Positions 1-13,000 of a stretch of DNA of 64,000 nucleotides are shown one piece after another. The stretch is from contig CM022666.1 in assembly GCA_012295275.1 (NCBI GenBank), forward strand, positions 11,718,001 to 11,782,000, written 5' to 3'. This DNA comes from Chrysomallon squamiferum. Its lineage: Eukaryota > Animalia > Mollusca. The stretch's first letter is position 1. Each line of letters starts with the position of its first letter. Below the pieces are notes generated by a model. It had not been told where the DNA came from, did no database searches, and was given only the letters and a program-made list of their open reading frames with translations. The position numbers were made by a program, and so were the translations under genes.

Positions 1-312
1 CTTAACGACAATTATAACGACAGGTAATGAGTTGTAACAAGATAAAAGATAATATAAACAAATGATTATTTGGTTTAATAAAAGTATGCGTCGAAAAATA
101 ATATTTAAAAAGATTGAAATCTGTTTAATGGCCTATGCATTTATGTATATATTGCAACTATCAGTTTGCGATTATTATAAAGAAAATATATTTCCTTTTA
201 TTGTGAAAAACAACAAGTGTATGTAAAATAGATAAGTTAAACATAGTTTTGAATTACATTAACTACAGCAGAAAACGATGTTTACAATGTAAAAATATTG
301 CCCTGGCAATTA

Positions 313-1278
313 TCAAACTGCTTTTTTTCCTCTGATGCCGGGCTGTGGGACCATCTGCCATTTTGATGCTTCGCCAAATAGTTTTCCTATGGTCCCTCGA
401 TTTTTCTTTATATTGCGAAGTGCTGAAGCAGACCCAGCACGAGGGGGCGGTTTGGGATCTCCTGGAAGTCGATCACCCTCGTACATAAGGCGTGACATTC
501 TGCCTCCCTTGTCAAGGTTTGCTTGCTCAGAACCTTCGGCTTTAACTCTTGGTTCTGGTCTACCGGACACAGGCAACGTCCCGTAATTTTTAAACAGATT
601 GTTTATACGCTGACCTTTGTTCAGTTCGGCGATTTCCGCTGCTTCTGGTTTGACGCGGGGTACACCACGAGAGGACCGAGGAGTTTCTCCGTATCGTCCC
701 ATAACCTTTCCCATCTGTGCACCTGCACCGAGTACTGCATTACTCAAACCTTCCTCTCTTATTCTCGCCTGCGGTTTCGGAGTCTCCGGGATTTCCTTTG
801 GGTCGTGTAATAAATTTTTCATCCTGCCTCCAAGGTCTAACGATGCACTGACTTCCCCTTCGCCTTTCACGCGGAGAGGGGGACGACTCGAAGTGGGAAG
901 TTGTCCATATTTATTAAAAAGATTAGCCACCTCTTTTCCCTTATTGACTTCCGCGATTTCTTCAGCTTCGGGTTTAACCCGTGGAGCTGGATTATATTCT
1001 GCTGCTGGTGGCCCAGTTTGTGACTGTCCATGTGCGAGCAGTGATCCCACATTCCCTGTCCTACCAAGTTCATAATTACGCCTTGCACTGTCTGATGGGC
1101 ATTTTGGTCCTGGCGGTGGGGGGATCTCAGGCCCAGGATTGCTTGGATCAAATAGATTTATGCATCCTTTGTGTTTTCTAGCGAACTCTTCTGCTTCCGG
1201 TTTGATTCGAGCTGCAGGACGTGGAGTAACGTATGATGGATCATATCCAGGATAGGGATTCGCTTTATCTGCCACCAT
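313..1278 (-). CDS. Uncharacterised 321-aa protein made of ~8 tandem ~36-aa repeats (PRVKPEA..IA..NKG..M..L...Y...P); paralog A
   Basis: Long ORF, GC-richer than its flanks, with ATG at 1278. Acceptor tttgacag|gatcATG puts the exon start at 1282. Minus-strand AATAAA at 197-202, ~110 nt after the stop. Repeats start at aa 99, 135, 171, 207, 243 and 279 (exact 36-aa spacing), with two more degenerate N-terminal copies. Clear similarity to the protein at 8240. Confidence 0.9.
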   Translation of the reverse strand: MVADKANPYPGYDPSYVTPRPAARIKPEAEEFARKHKGCINLFDPSNPGPEIPPPPGPKCPSDSARRNYELGRTGNVGSLLAHGQSQTGPPAAEYNPAPRVKPEAEEIAEVNKGKEVANLFNKYGQLPTSSRPPLRVKGEGEVSASLDLGGRMKNLLHDPKEIPETPKPQARIREEGLSNAVLGAGAQMGKVMGRYGETPRSSRGVPRVKPEAAEIAELNKGQRINNLFKNYGTLPVSGRPEPRVKAEGSEQANLDKGGRMSRLMYEGDRLPGDPKPPPRAGSASALRNIKKNRGTIGKLFGEASKWQMVPQPGIRGKKAV

Positions 1279-1386
1279 GATCCTGTCAAATAAATTAGAA
1301 ATAAGTAAATGTTGTGAACATCTGAATCTGTTTGTTTATAGATGTGTGTTCGAATGCGTAGGTGTGAGGGTCCGCACCTGTATCAC

Positions 1387-1419
<33 letters not shown>

Positions 1420-1624
1420 AATTGGTTAAATGTAGAATGAGATACAACAATTTTCACCAGATCGCCGAACTATTAACACTGGAAAAAATCACGGAAAAGC
1501 AGTATTATTTTAACTTACAGAACTTTATGAAAAATCCAAAAAGAGCACGTCACGTCAGAGCAAAAATGTGTGGAAATGTTTTGAAATGTCTTAAATTTTC
1601 TAACAATCCATTTTTACAATGTTT

Positions 1625-1730
1625 ATATATATATATATATATATGTATATATAGGTACGCACACATATATATGTGCGTGTTTATATGTATGTATGTGTGC
1701 ATGTGTATGTATATGTATATGTATATGTAT

Positions 1731-1761
<31 letters not shown>

Positions 1762-2143
1762 CGCGTGCGTTTGTATGTATCTTTGTATATATGTATGTAT
1801 GTATATTTTTATAGATTTTGGGAACGGATATTTTCTACACGACTTTCTTTTTAAATAGGTTTTGAAATCTCTTGGATTTGTCCAGGAAGTGCATTTGTGC
1901 ACGCTTCTGAATACTTCTGTAAATAATTTTAAAATGTTTTATGCAAGCCTATATGAATAACAGCCACAGAATACTCCTCCCTCCGAAAACACTGCACCCA
2001 TATCTCTAAAGTGTTAGGCATTGTTCCATACTGACAAACCCAGGGATTATTAATTTGTTTGAAGATGTCTTGGATTTGATATGAACTACGATGCATGTTG
2101 AAATATGTATGCATGTATGTACGTATATATGTATGTATTTATG

Positions 2144-2177
<34 letters not shown>

Positions 2178-3140
2178 CGTATGTATGTATGTATATACGA
2201 CTAAATGTGTACATATGTAAGTGTATATGTGGGTATATTCACAGATTTCCGTCCGGTGTATTGTAACCAGGGTAATATCAGTTTTAATATGGATGTCAGC
2301 GTTTATACAGGATATCTGAGCGACTTTTTCCCTGTCAACAACTGGGTGTTGTAACAATGGACCACTCAAGAGAGATGTTGCTTCTGAAATCTCAGTGTTG
2401 TCTCACATTCTACTTTTGGAGACGTACTCGGTTATATCGACATGGTCAGAATAGCTATCAACGTTTTTCAAATTTCTTTAGTACTGTATTAAATAACAGT
2501 TTGAAAGTGAAACAAATAATACACTTGACGTTTAAGCAGGATTTAAGATAGGTGTACAGAACATGGATTTTAGAAAAATTCAATACCGTATATACATGTA
2601 TACATGTCATGCCATAAAAATCTATGTTCTAAATTTACAGGGCAATTAATTTTCATAATAGACTTTTCTACTAGGCCTTTTTTTTTGGTTTGATCCCATA
2701 AAATAATCAGATTCTGAACATTTTCCATTTTTATTATCTACTTAATTACTTTAACATTTGAGCGATTGTCTCAATTGTCGGTACCTTCAGCCGGTCCTGA
2801 GTTTTAGCTAATTAGCTTTAAAAATAAAAAATAAACTATTTTAAAAATCCACTGTAATATGCAAGATAAAATTTGAAAATAATAATTTTGTTTAATAAAA
2901 TAAATTCCTAAGCCAGTGCTTTTAATTCTTAAACACACACATGCACACATACACACATACACACACACACACACACACACATCCAAACAAACATACATAC
3001 CCAAATACATACATCCATATATATATATATACATAAATACCTACCTATCTACCTACCTACCTACCTACCTACCTACCTATATACATACATACATACATGC
3101 ATACATGCATGCATGCATAGATACATACATACATATATAC
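1625..3140. repeat. Compound (TA/TG/TATG/CA/TACC)n microsatellites in the 5' UTR intron of paralog A
   Basis: Tracts at ~1625-1810, ~2105-2200 and ~2930-3140. Confidence 0.9.
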
Positions 3141-3346
3141 TAATCTTATGCACATATTGGCTGACTAAAATATCCATTATTAAATATAGATTTTCTTTAA
3201 CAGAAGCCATAACAAACCTTTACGACATAAACATGTGTGTACCTTACTTAGGAAACAGTGCCAGTCGTTTCACTAAACCTTTCTAATCAAACTATATTAG
3301 AAAAAGAATTCGAAGGGATATACATTATAAATATGATTGTTCTTAC

Positions 3347-3643
3347 CTTGATAATTCTCGACTCCACTTTCCACCTTTTCAGTGAAAACTTAAATAAGCT
3401 ACAAATATAATGTCAAAATTCATTAACATGCTTAGACCAAAACAGTTAACTAACTGATTCTTGTACTGAAGAAAATATAAACACCATACATTCGCAGAAA
3501 ATTTCCGGGCATAGTTACGATAAACATAGTCAACAGCCTCGTTTTCAGAATAAAACAGGTTGTTTCACGATTATTTCCGGTGACGAGGGAAAACACGAAC
3601 TGATAGACACGTTTTAATCGAAAGTATTGTTCTGTCGAAACAG
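3347..3643. promoter_or_regulatory. Putative bidirectional promoter with non-coding first exons of paralogs A and B
   Basis: Minus-strand donor caag|gtaag (exon end 3347) and plus-strand donor cag|gtgatt (exon end 3643) point away from each other. The interval is locally CpG-rich, with ETS-like ATTTCCGG at 3501-3508 and 3573-3580, GTTACGATAAAC at 3514-3525, and forkhead-like TAAACA/GTCAACA at 3521-3535. Confidence 0.5.
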
Positions 3644-6600
3644 GTGATTAGAAATTGCATTTTTATGTTTTGGTTTTGTACAAATATTATGATATTCTTA
3701 TGTTTATAATGCCTAATAAATTTTAATTTTTAAAGCTTCCTTATAATAAAATCTCGTAACATATAGTGATAATCATACTACTACTAGATTATGTAGATAT
3801 TTAATTTATTGTGTCGCAACCATGTTACTATCTTATAATTATGATCCTTAATCTAAATCTTTCATTATTGTTATTATTATAATTTTAGTGTTTCGGTTCC
3901 TATTTTATAGTTAGTATTATCTAAAATCAAAATAATGAAGTGCTTAAAGCTACAAGTATGTGGTAATCTTGTTAGCAGATATTTTACTCAACATTTTAAT
4001 TTTTGTTTTGGGTATTTTGTGTTGCTAGTTCAGATATAAAAAGGTCATGCAAAACTCATAGATCTGTAGGTCTGTTTAGGTCAGCCCCTTGTTAGCAGAT
4101 GTTGCAATCAATATTTTGATACTATTTTTATTTTACTGCTAGTGCACATATACAAAAATGGTAATATAAAACTGAATAAAACCACTTTAGCTTGTCAAAC
4201 TTATCAAAGCAAACAGTTTTTTCCATCTATTTGTTAACTTTGGCACAGGCAGTCATGTGGTACATATCCACTGTCCAGTGTTAATAGCGAGCAAAAATGG
4301 GTTTAATGAAGTTGCTTAACATTTGCAAATAATGTTAATGTTAGTTTTATGATGCAGACTGTTTCCCTCCAATGAATCTTAGCATTTATCAGAAATCATG
4401 TTAGACAAGTCTTACAAATTTTTAATTATATACTTATTTATTAATAAATAACATTAATTTTATTAATATGTTACTACTTGCAAATTAATATGGTATTTGG
4501 AAAGTAACTTCTTTAGAACCATTTCCTTTTATTTCTTAAAAACAACTTCATGACACAGAATACAATTATGTTCAAATCAATTTTTTGATGAATCGTTTTT
4601 ATTTGCCTGATAGTTTTTTATACGAATAGTTGAAATGGATAGAGGTTGCATTTTGAACATTATCCATAATTAATTGATTTTTAATTTTTATTATAAATGA
4701 GCGTAGACCAAAACTTTAAATTTAACACACATTAATCATGAGTCAGATTTTCTGTTTAACTTTGAAATGTTTAAGTTGTTGTAATTGATTGATTTGAATA
4801 ATTATGACAGGGATATTCTAGTTAATGCACTGTACAGTTAATTACGGACCTCCTTCTCTGTATATATTTTTTAATTTTACAATAGAAACAGAAATTTAAA
4901 AAAAAAAAAATTACACTGTGTATGTGTGTGCGTATGAACTAAATATTGTATTGTAAAATTATACTGATCTGCAATAGTATAATAAAATGACATGTTATTG
5001 AAAATTTTCTTAATATGTATAAAAAATTTGTAGAATATAAAAATATAAAAGCACAAAGAAAACTTTAAATTACCATTGAGAACATACATTAAATAAACTT
5101 TTTGTTTTATTTTTCATTTTAATGAGAGAGAAAAGATTTGATATTTTTATTTCATTAGAAAAGGAAAACTTCAAAAATAATTACATATCTAGGGGAAAGC
5201 AATCTTTCAGTTAGGCCTGACATTATTTCAGTTTACATATTGGTTGAGATATTATTGGCAGTTAACACTTGAAGGATACACATTTACATGTGAAAAGGTA
5301 AATGAAGTAGTGACCAGTTCAGCTGGTTCCACTTGAAAGCTCAGTGTTAGATGGATTAGACATTCCTGACTCCAGGTAAAGACGCTACAACTCTGTGTAG
5401 GCAGGTTTATAGCATTACTGAATTGTTGTGTTGTTTGAATTGCACAACAAAGTATATAAAGAAACTCTGTGAATACCACTGACTTAACTGTTTGTAGTAG
5501 ATCAGTTGAAAACCTTTTGATAAAGCAGATTAGGTAATGATACTTTTTACACAACTTGCATATCATGTCCTTTATCATTATGATAATACTTTCTGAATGC
5601 TAACATTTCATTTAAGGATTAACATGTATGGAAGATAGTTGATTTTTGTTGTATGTAGTTGTTTCAACATGTTTACTGATAACAAGTAAGAGTGTTTTTA
5701 TAACTATTATAGTGTGTATTTTTGTAACTCTTACAGTGTGTACTTAAGGATTATATCACATTACATTTTAAATACATATTTTTAAACTGAGAAATTTAAA
5801 CGTTTAAAAAATAATAATAAACAAAACAATCATTTAATGATTCATGCTTGAAACTTGAAGTTGTTACTTAAATAACTAGTGCCTTTGGGAAAGAAATACA
5901 TTTAAATGTCAGTTTTTATCAGGCCATAAATACACTGTTGTAGTATAAATTATTATTCTAAAATATATATAAAATTTAGCAAATCTTCAAGATCACTATT
6001 TACACAATATACTATCAGTAGAACTAAACTGTTTATCCAGATATATTTTAGTATGCTGTGGTTGAACTTGAAGCAGCAAACACCTATAGAAGACACACTG
6101 TTGTATAGTTTGTTATAACCAATCATTTGAATTGCACTTTATATAATGACCTGTACATTCTTGAAAGTAAGTTCATCATTTCTAAGATATAGCTTGAAGT
6201 AAAGGTTGTGATAATGAGTGACTTGTTTAGCATATAAAATGATTTATTTGTGAGTCAGATGGTATTAGAGTATAAGTTGACTGTCTGAGATAAACGTGGG
6301 TTGTCATGTGTGACAGAAACAACCATGTCACTGAGATACAAACATCTCTGTATATAAAGTTTGTGAATTGGGACACATGGATCATACCAAAAGAGTTACT
6401 CAAGCCTTAAGTCTTGTATATAGATGGTCACCAACATACTTCATGACAAATCATATTTTAATATGCCTTTTATTATCATTATTTAAAAAATATATATTTT
6501 ATGTTAATAAAAGTCAGTTTATATGCATATGCTTTCACATATATATCCACACACACACCCACACACATTCATTATCTGTATTATTATTACCTGAATGTAT

Positions 6601-8239
6601 TCAATTGTATTTCATACAAGCTTCTAAGGATTTAGAATAATAATAAAAAATGAAATGTTAATTAGTAAACTATAAAAGCTATGAAATATATCACAATCAA
6701 TCTGAGATTGTTTTAAGGCAGCAGGTATACAACAACATTCTTGGTGTTCCACTGGGTAATAGGATGAATAAATTCCATCCATTTCCAACTCTTTGAACAT
6801 CAAGCATAGGCTGACCATTAGATAAGCATTTATATAGATTTCCAATATTTTTTAATAACAAAAATATAGTATTTATATTCTGTTACCAGTTAATTCTTAA
6901 TCAAGGTGTAAAATAAAAATAGGCTACTGTTTTTCTTATGCTCTTGATTACACTTTTCTGTCCAGTGAAATGATTTCATCCTTGGCTGAAAATAGATTAA
7001 AGCAAAATTATTCTTTTAATATGAAATAATATGATGCTAACTAAACACATTACAGTATTAAATTAATACATATTATGGAAGCTAATTAACCATGGATGTT
7101 ACCAATAGCCAACACAGTTCAAGTCACAGTCCCACCCAATGTCATATTCCCCACTGTTTAAGATTGTTTTGTCACAATTTTTGGGTAACACGGACAGCAC
7201 ATTTATATATAAGATGACCACTAACACACCTCTTTGGCTTCAACACAACAGAAGATTTTTCGTTAACAGATTAAATGTGCATAGAGATGTAAAAGATAAA
7301 TGTGTTAAACATAGACATTATTTCACCTAATATATTTTCTGCTAATGTTATTCATTAATTTTCTTTAATCTGACAGTTTGTTTATTCTGGCCATTGGAGA
7401 AATTACATGAGATATGTATGTCAGAAGGGCTAATTTAATCTTGTTCATGCCTTAAGGCATGAAAGTGCTTACAGACTGGCACAAAGTAATCAGTCAAAAA
7501 GAATGCAATATTTTATTTAAATTTTTATCACCTTCCATATACTTGACCTGATCTGTTTGCTTTTGTCAGTGATTTTGTATTTTCGATTCCTTTCCTCAGT
7601 TTCTATGTGTACAGTGTAAAAGTGCTGCTGTGTGATTCTAAACTCAGTTTTAAAAATATCTTGTATAAATTTCAAAGTTTGTAATTGTGTTTATTTTATA
7701 TCTTAACTTTACACTCACAAATGAATGGACTGAAAATGGCAAATAGATTTCCAATAAATCTGTTAACTCACATGTATTTACTACTGTAATTTTAACTGTT
7801 TCAATACTGTAATGTTGTGCATTGTGTATGTGTATAATTGAATATATATCAACATTTAATAATTATTTCTGTTGTGAAAGCGTGATCAATATATTCTGTT
7901 TAAATAATTGATAATCATGTAGGAAAGTTATCCCTTATGTATTACATAAACTATATATGTTTGAAAGATGCAGTCTGGATCATGCAATAATGTATTCTAT
8001 AATTTCCCCCCCCTGCATAAAAAAAGAAAGAAAATAGTTATTTGAACATAGTGTGTCTAATATGAAAAAAACTGGATTTTGATATGTCTTAAAACTTAAT
8101 TTTATTTGTCTAGGTAAATACATAACAAGAACTGAAAGAGCTGCACATTACTGATCTAGGAAATGTGAAATTTCTACAATAAATAAATCAGAAAAAAAGA
8201 AGAAGGAAAAGAAAGAAATTGCAAAATATTAAATACATC

Positions 8240-10032
8240 ATGTCTGCAACTGGAGAATCAGAATATGTACCATCACCCCGACCACACCCACGTGTGAAAC
8301 CTGAGGCCATGAGCTATGCAGAACGAAACCGTGGTGGCATGGAGAGGTGGTTTGATTACTCTGACAACACCAACCACTACAACTCACCACGGCCTGGTTC
8401 TAGAGTCCGTACAGAGGAAGCCAGGCAGAATTTAGATTCAAGTAAGGGTTCCATGTCCGAGGTGATGGGTGGTTACCCAGACCCTGCACCCAGAAGAGAG
8501 CTGCACCCACGTGGGATTAAACCTGATGCAGCTGAGATTGCTAACAGTAACAAAGGGGCAGAGATGAAAAATCTGATAGATAATTATGGAAATTTGGAAG
8601 TTAATGATCATCCAGCTCCGAAAGTGAAAGGGGAAGAAGCTGAAGAATATGCTGAAAGGAATCGAGGATCTGTGAATAACATAATTACTAATTCCAATGC
8701 AGCACCTGCCCCACCCCCACCAGTGAAACTGGACCAGGCAGGCAGTGAGGTGGCTGCCAAACACACAGGAGAAGGGATGGGTCCATTGTTAAGAATGGAA
8801 GGAGAAGTTACACCAAAAGAACCAAAATTTGGAAAACTGCATCAAGTATCAGAAGGGTGAGTGATAAATAATTATAAAATAAATAATTGATTTCATTTGA
8901 GTCTTTTTAAAATTAATTTACTTGAACCAAATGTTTTTTATATAGCATAGATATCATTACCATACTGATATTTCTGATGTGGTGTTATGAATATTTCCAG
9001 CAAAAAATAATGGCATTTAAACATTAATAAAATAATTAGAAGTTTCATGTGAACTTGAAGTTCAAAAATATTTTGATGTGAGAGACAAACTGGTTATAAT
9101 CCTTTCAAATGCAGTATGTCTTTATAAATGTCATGTCAAATTATTTCTTCAGAGGATGGGATGAAAACCCACCACATCACCGTACTCGTCCAGAAGCTGA
9201 AAATATTGCCACTAAGAATTCAGCAGACTCCATGGGTGACATTCTGTCAATGAATCCATCTCCTCCAGACAGCACCAAGAAAACCAAAGTTCTCAAACAC
9301 ATGGAATTAACTGAGGACCCGTACGTTATTTTGTTTAATCATCTCATCTAATAAAAAAAAGGAAATTGTTTTTATCTATGTGACAGAAAATCAATGTTCA
9401 TTTTGCAGTCTCATTGATGTAATATTAAAAAGACTTTGGTAAATCTCTTTGATAACAGCAGGTCTTTATACACACATACACACACAGACACACTTCTGAT
9501 ACTTTTTGTACAAGTTATTATAAATCAAATGTGAATTACTGTAATGTAATATTTTTATATTAAACTTTATAGTTTGGAAAAAAAAAATTTTAAATTATAG
9601 TATAAAGTATAAAGGTTAAATACATATTAATATCAGAGGTTATTAATTTGTTGAAATATTTATAATATAGATGGGAATAAAAACAATTTTTAAATTATTT
9701 GAGTTACAATATAATGGTTAAACATTAATATCAGTGGTTATTAAGTTGTTGCAGTAATTAGTTAGCAATAAATACAGAATTTTTGAATTACTTAAATGAG
9801 CAATTAAGGGTTAAATGTTTGTCCAAGTGTTTGTGACTGTGAACTTTGAAAGTAGTTGTTTTATTTCAGTCGTCCGAGGACATCGCCTGCGAGAACTCGG
9901 CCCGAGGCGATGCAGTATTACCAGAAGAACCAGACGACCGAGATGTCGGCCATCATGCATGGCGAGACCTCAGTGACTCCGCAGCGAGTCACTCGGCGCC
10001 AACGCATGATGCAGAAGTCAGAAGACTGGTGA
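8240..10032 (+). CDS. Uncharacterised 315-aa protein with ~7 copies of the same ~36-aa repeat; paralog B, 3 coding exons
   Basis: Coding segments 8240-8856, 9153-9320 and 9870-10032 (948 nt). Both introns are phase 2 and GT-AG, and the frame is continuous to ...RTRPEAMQYYQKNQTTEMSAIMHG...KSEDW*. Upstream acceptor tag| at 8113 in the 5' UTR. Collinear similarity to paralog A, e.g. PRGIKPDAAEIANSNKGAEMKNLIDNYGNL vs PRVKPEAEEIAEVNKGKEVANLFNKYGQL. Confidence 0.88.
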
Positions 10033-13000
10033 ACGATTTCAGCATCAGCTACATTGCTGTCTGATATCATTGTGTAAGAGTAATCAGAACTCCAATCTTA
10101 CAGCTTGCCTTCAATATGTTGTTGTATTTGTGAAAATATCCTGATGTATTCTATTTTACTCACATAATGATTAATATTTGCTTAGTATTAGTTCAGCAAC
10201 TGCTTCAGTTAGATCTGAAAAAAATAATCAAGGTATTCAAATACAAAACAATTTAGGTTAGAGTGACAAAAGAATACACTGTTTGTTTAAAGTTTTTCTC
10301 ATTATTCATATATCATTTAAGAAAAAAAAAAAATTCTGTTTCTAAATAAAAAGATACTAGTTTAGAAGTTTTAGATGTAAGTTGTCGTTCAGTTCTGTCA
10401 TAGCATATGGAGTAATTTTGGGATATTGTATTAAACTCTGTAACAATTTCTGCTTTGACAAATAAGTTGATGTATTTGATATCTTTGTAATCAGAAATTT
10501 GCAAGCTATTGATGACTGAACATTCCGTTCCTGATAAACTTAGTTGTTAAAATGTCTTTAATAGTCTTAATTTTTCTTGTTTCTTTTTGTACAGTTTGAT
10601 TCTAAATTGTTGTTATTTTTTAAAGCTTAGATTTTTCACTGTGATTTATTTCATTTAATCGTTTTAGCATACAAAAAGATTATTTGTATAAATTAATAAT
10701 CAGTTTAAAATTTCAAAGTTAACTGAATTCCTTGTTAAATACAGTATATTTCCACTTACCAGTGTATCTTCTTACAGTCCATGACAGTGGCCTAATTAAA
10801 TGAATTAACAGGACAAGGGAAAATTTTAACAGAAACCAGTTGGTTTTATCTTATTAATCTATATTTTTATTAAGTGTATGGGATGGTACACATAAATAAA
10901 ACTTACAGCTGTTGAATACGATGATAAGAAAGGTTTTATATCTAAAATAAATTTAAAAAGTAAAAATGACTAGATAGAATGTTAGATACCTTTCTATTGA
11001 TCATCCTACTCAAAATATAGATATTCATTTTTAAAGAGAGTATAAGTTTTGTGACTTATAGATCTCGTATTTATATATACGTATTTAACAAACCACAGAT
11101 TTTAATAACCACACAGAGGTTTTACTTAGAGTTGTTATTCAAGTCATTATTCCACTTCGCATTCTTTCACATATCCCATAGATATTATATTGTTGTGCTT
11201 TGTATATTTTGATTTTAAAATTTAAAACATTTTTTCAAAATATTTCATGTTTTCCAAATTTTTATTTTTTGTTTCGTTTTAAAAGATTTTTATATTTTGT
11301 ATAAAAAAAATGTCAGATCTGGACTTCCTTAATCAGTGTTGTGATGTTTGCCTATTTTATTATCTTGTTCTTTTACGTATTTCAGTGTATGTCATTTTCA
11401 TTATTAAAATATTTTTTAAGTCAGAAAAAGAATAACACTATTTCAAAAGTTTTATTTTTCCCCCACTTTTAATTCATTCTTTTTATTTTTAAATAAAGAC
11501 AAAAATTAAACTTGCCTTTTTAAAATTATATATTTTATTTAAATAATAATACAAGTTTAAGAACTTGTTTCCTATTCACTGAATATGTATTCTGTAAACA
11601 TCTTGTTAAACAATAAAGTCATTTTAATTTTTTCAATTAGTAGTAAACAGACAAAACAAATTGTTACTGAAATAGATTTCTTTTTAATTTCCAAAGAAAC
11701 AAATTTTCTATATTTGTATCAAAAATAATGAACCCACCTTCAAAATACTTTATCTGTACAACTGACTTTTTAAATGTTTCATATTCTTTTTATTCAATAT
11801 ACATAATCATTTTTTTATTTTGTGTAAGTGTTTTAAAGTAATGTTTTGCTCAGAATAAACTGAATATAAATCTATTCATTGTTGTGTATTTCTGTAATTT
11901 GTTTTGATAAATTTATATTTAGCCTATGACAAGGGAAATTTTATCCAAAAGTATCTTATAAATAAAACATTAAATAGTTACCATGTTTATAATGGTTATG
12001 TTCTCAGTACTACTTATATGTACACTATATCAATGCTTAGAAACAATTTTAAAAATTATACATCTTCATGAGTCAGTCCAGTATTAACTCTTAATAACTC
12101 ACAACAGAAAATAATAAAACTAACCATAATTTTATATTTCTGTTTTATTAATGATCTAAAGAAAAGAAAAAGAATTGGTGTAAGTATTTAAACAGGGTAG
12201 GGTGGGCAAAATCTGCGCTCAAATCTCAGATATATTTGCAACTATAAAAAGACAGAATTAGATAAAATAATAAAACAAAGAGAAAAGTTTTTTGTTCTGT
12301 TCAATTTATTGTTTTTATTATTTTATATTTTATTATTATTATATATATATATTTTTAAATTGACAAATGCACATAAATAATAGAAAAATACATCCTACAT
12401 ACAAACAATTCTTTACACACACACACACACACACGTGCATGCACAAACAAATACATCCACACAGATAAATGTCAATAAATTAACCATTTTGTATGCTTTG
12501 TTGTGCTACCTTTTTTATGTGAATTATTATCACCAGTGACATATTTGTAATAAGTGTGAAGAAAAAAAGGAACAATGTACAACACAGCAAATATACAAAT
12601 AAAAGTGATAAGAATAGAAATACCACAAACAGAAAACTCATTTTCTGATACATTATGTTGGAAATCATTAATTACACTGAACAATTATACTGAACAGTTT
12701 GTGCTTGGATGGGTGAAATGTGAACTTAGTTTCAGTAGAATGAAACACAGCACACACTGTAGACTTCAAAACCAAACAAGAATACATGAATTCAGCTGAT
12801 TCTAAAGGAGTGTCAATATTTAATAATTCAACTCATCAAGTCTACACATTATCTAGAATTTCCTAATTTCACAAGTTTACAAAAATACCATTTCAGTGTT
12901 GAGGTAAGTGCCATTTTGTTACAGTTTAAATCAAATATGAATTTAAATAAGAAAAATGATAGCAAATGGAAACTATTACATTCTGAAATTTTTGCTGTGT

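Noticed and set aside
335-1181. Overlapping ORFs on the plus strand and in alternative frames over paralog A (also 8438-8764 over paralog B)
   Set aside because: Shadow ORFs of the real GC-richer coding sequence, with no independent signals.
1388-1417. 30-nt poly(A) run as a possible retroposon tail
   Set aside because: No recognisable SINE/LINE body or target-site duplication.
9846-10064. ORF-track protein MKVVVLFQSSEDIACE...
   Set aside because: Wrong frame; the spliced exon from 9870 reads PRPRTSPARTRPEAMQYY..., which continues the repeat family.
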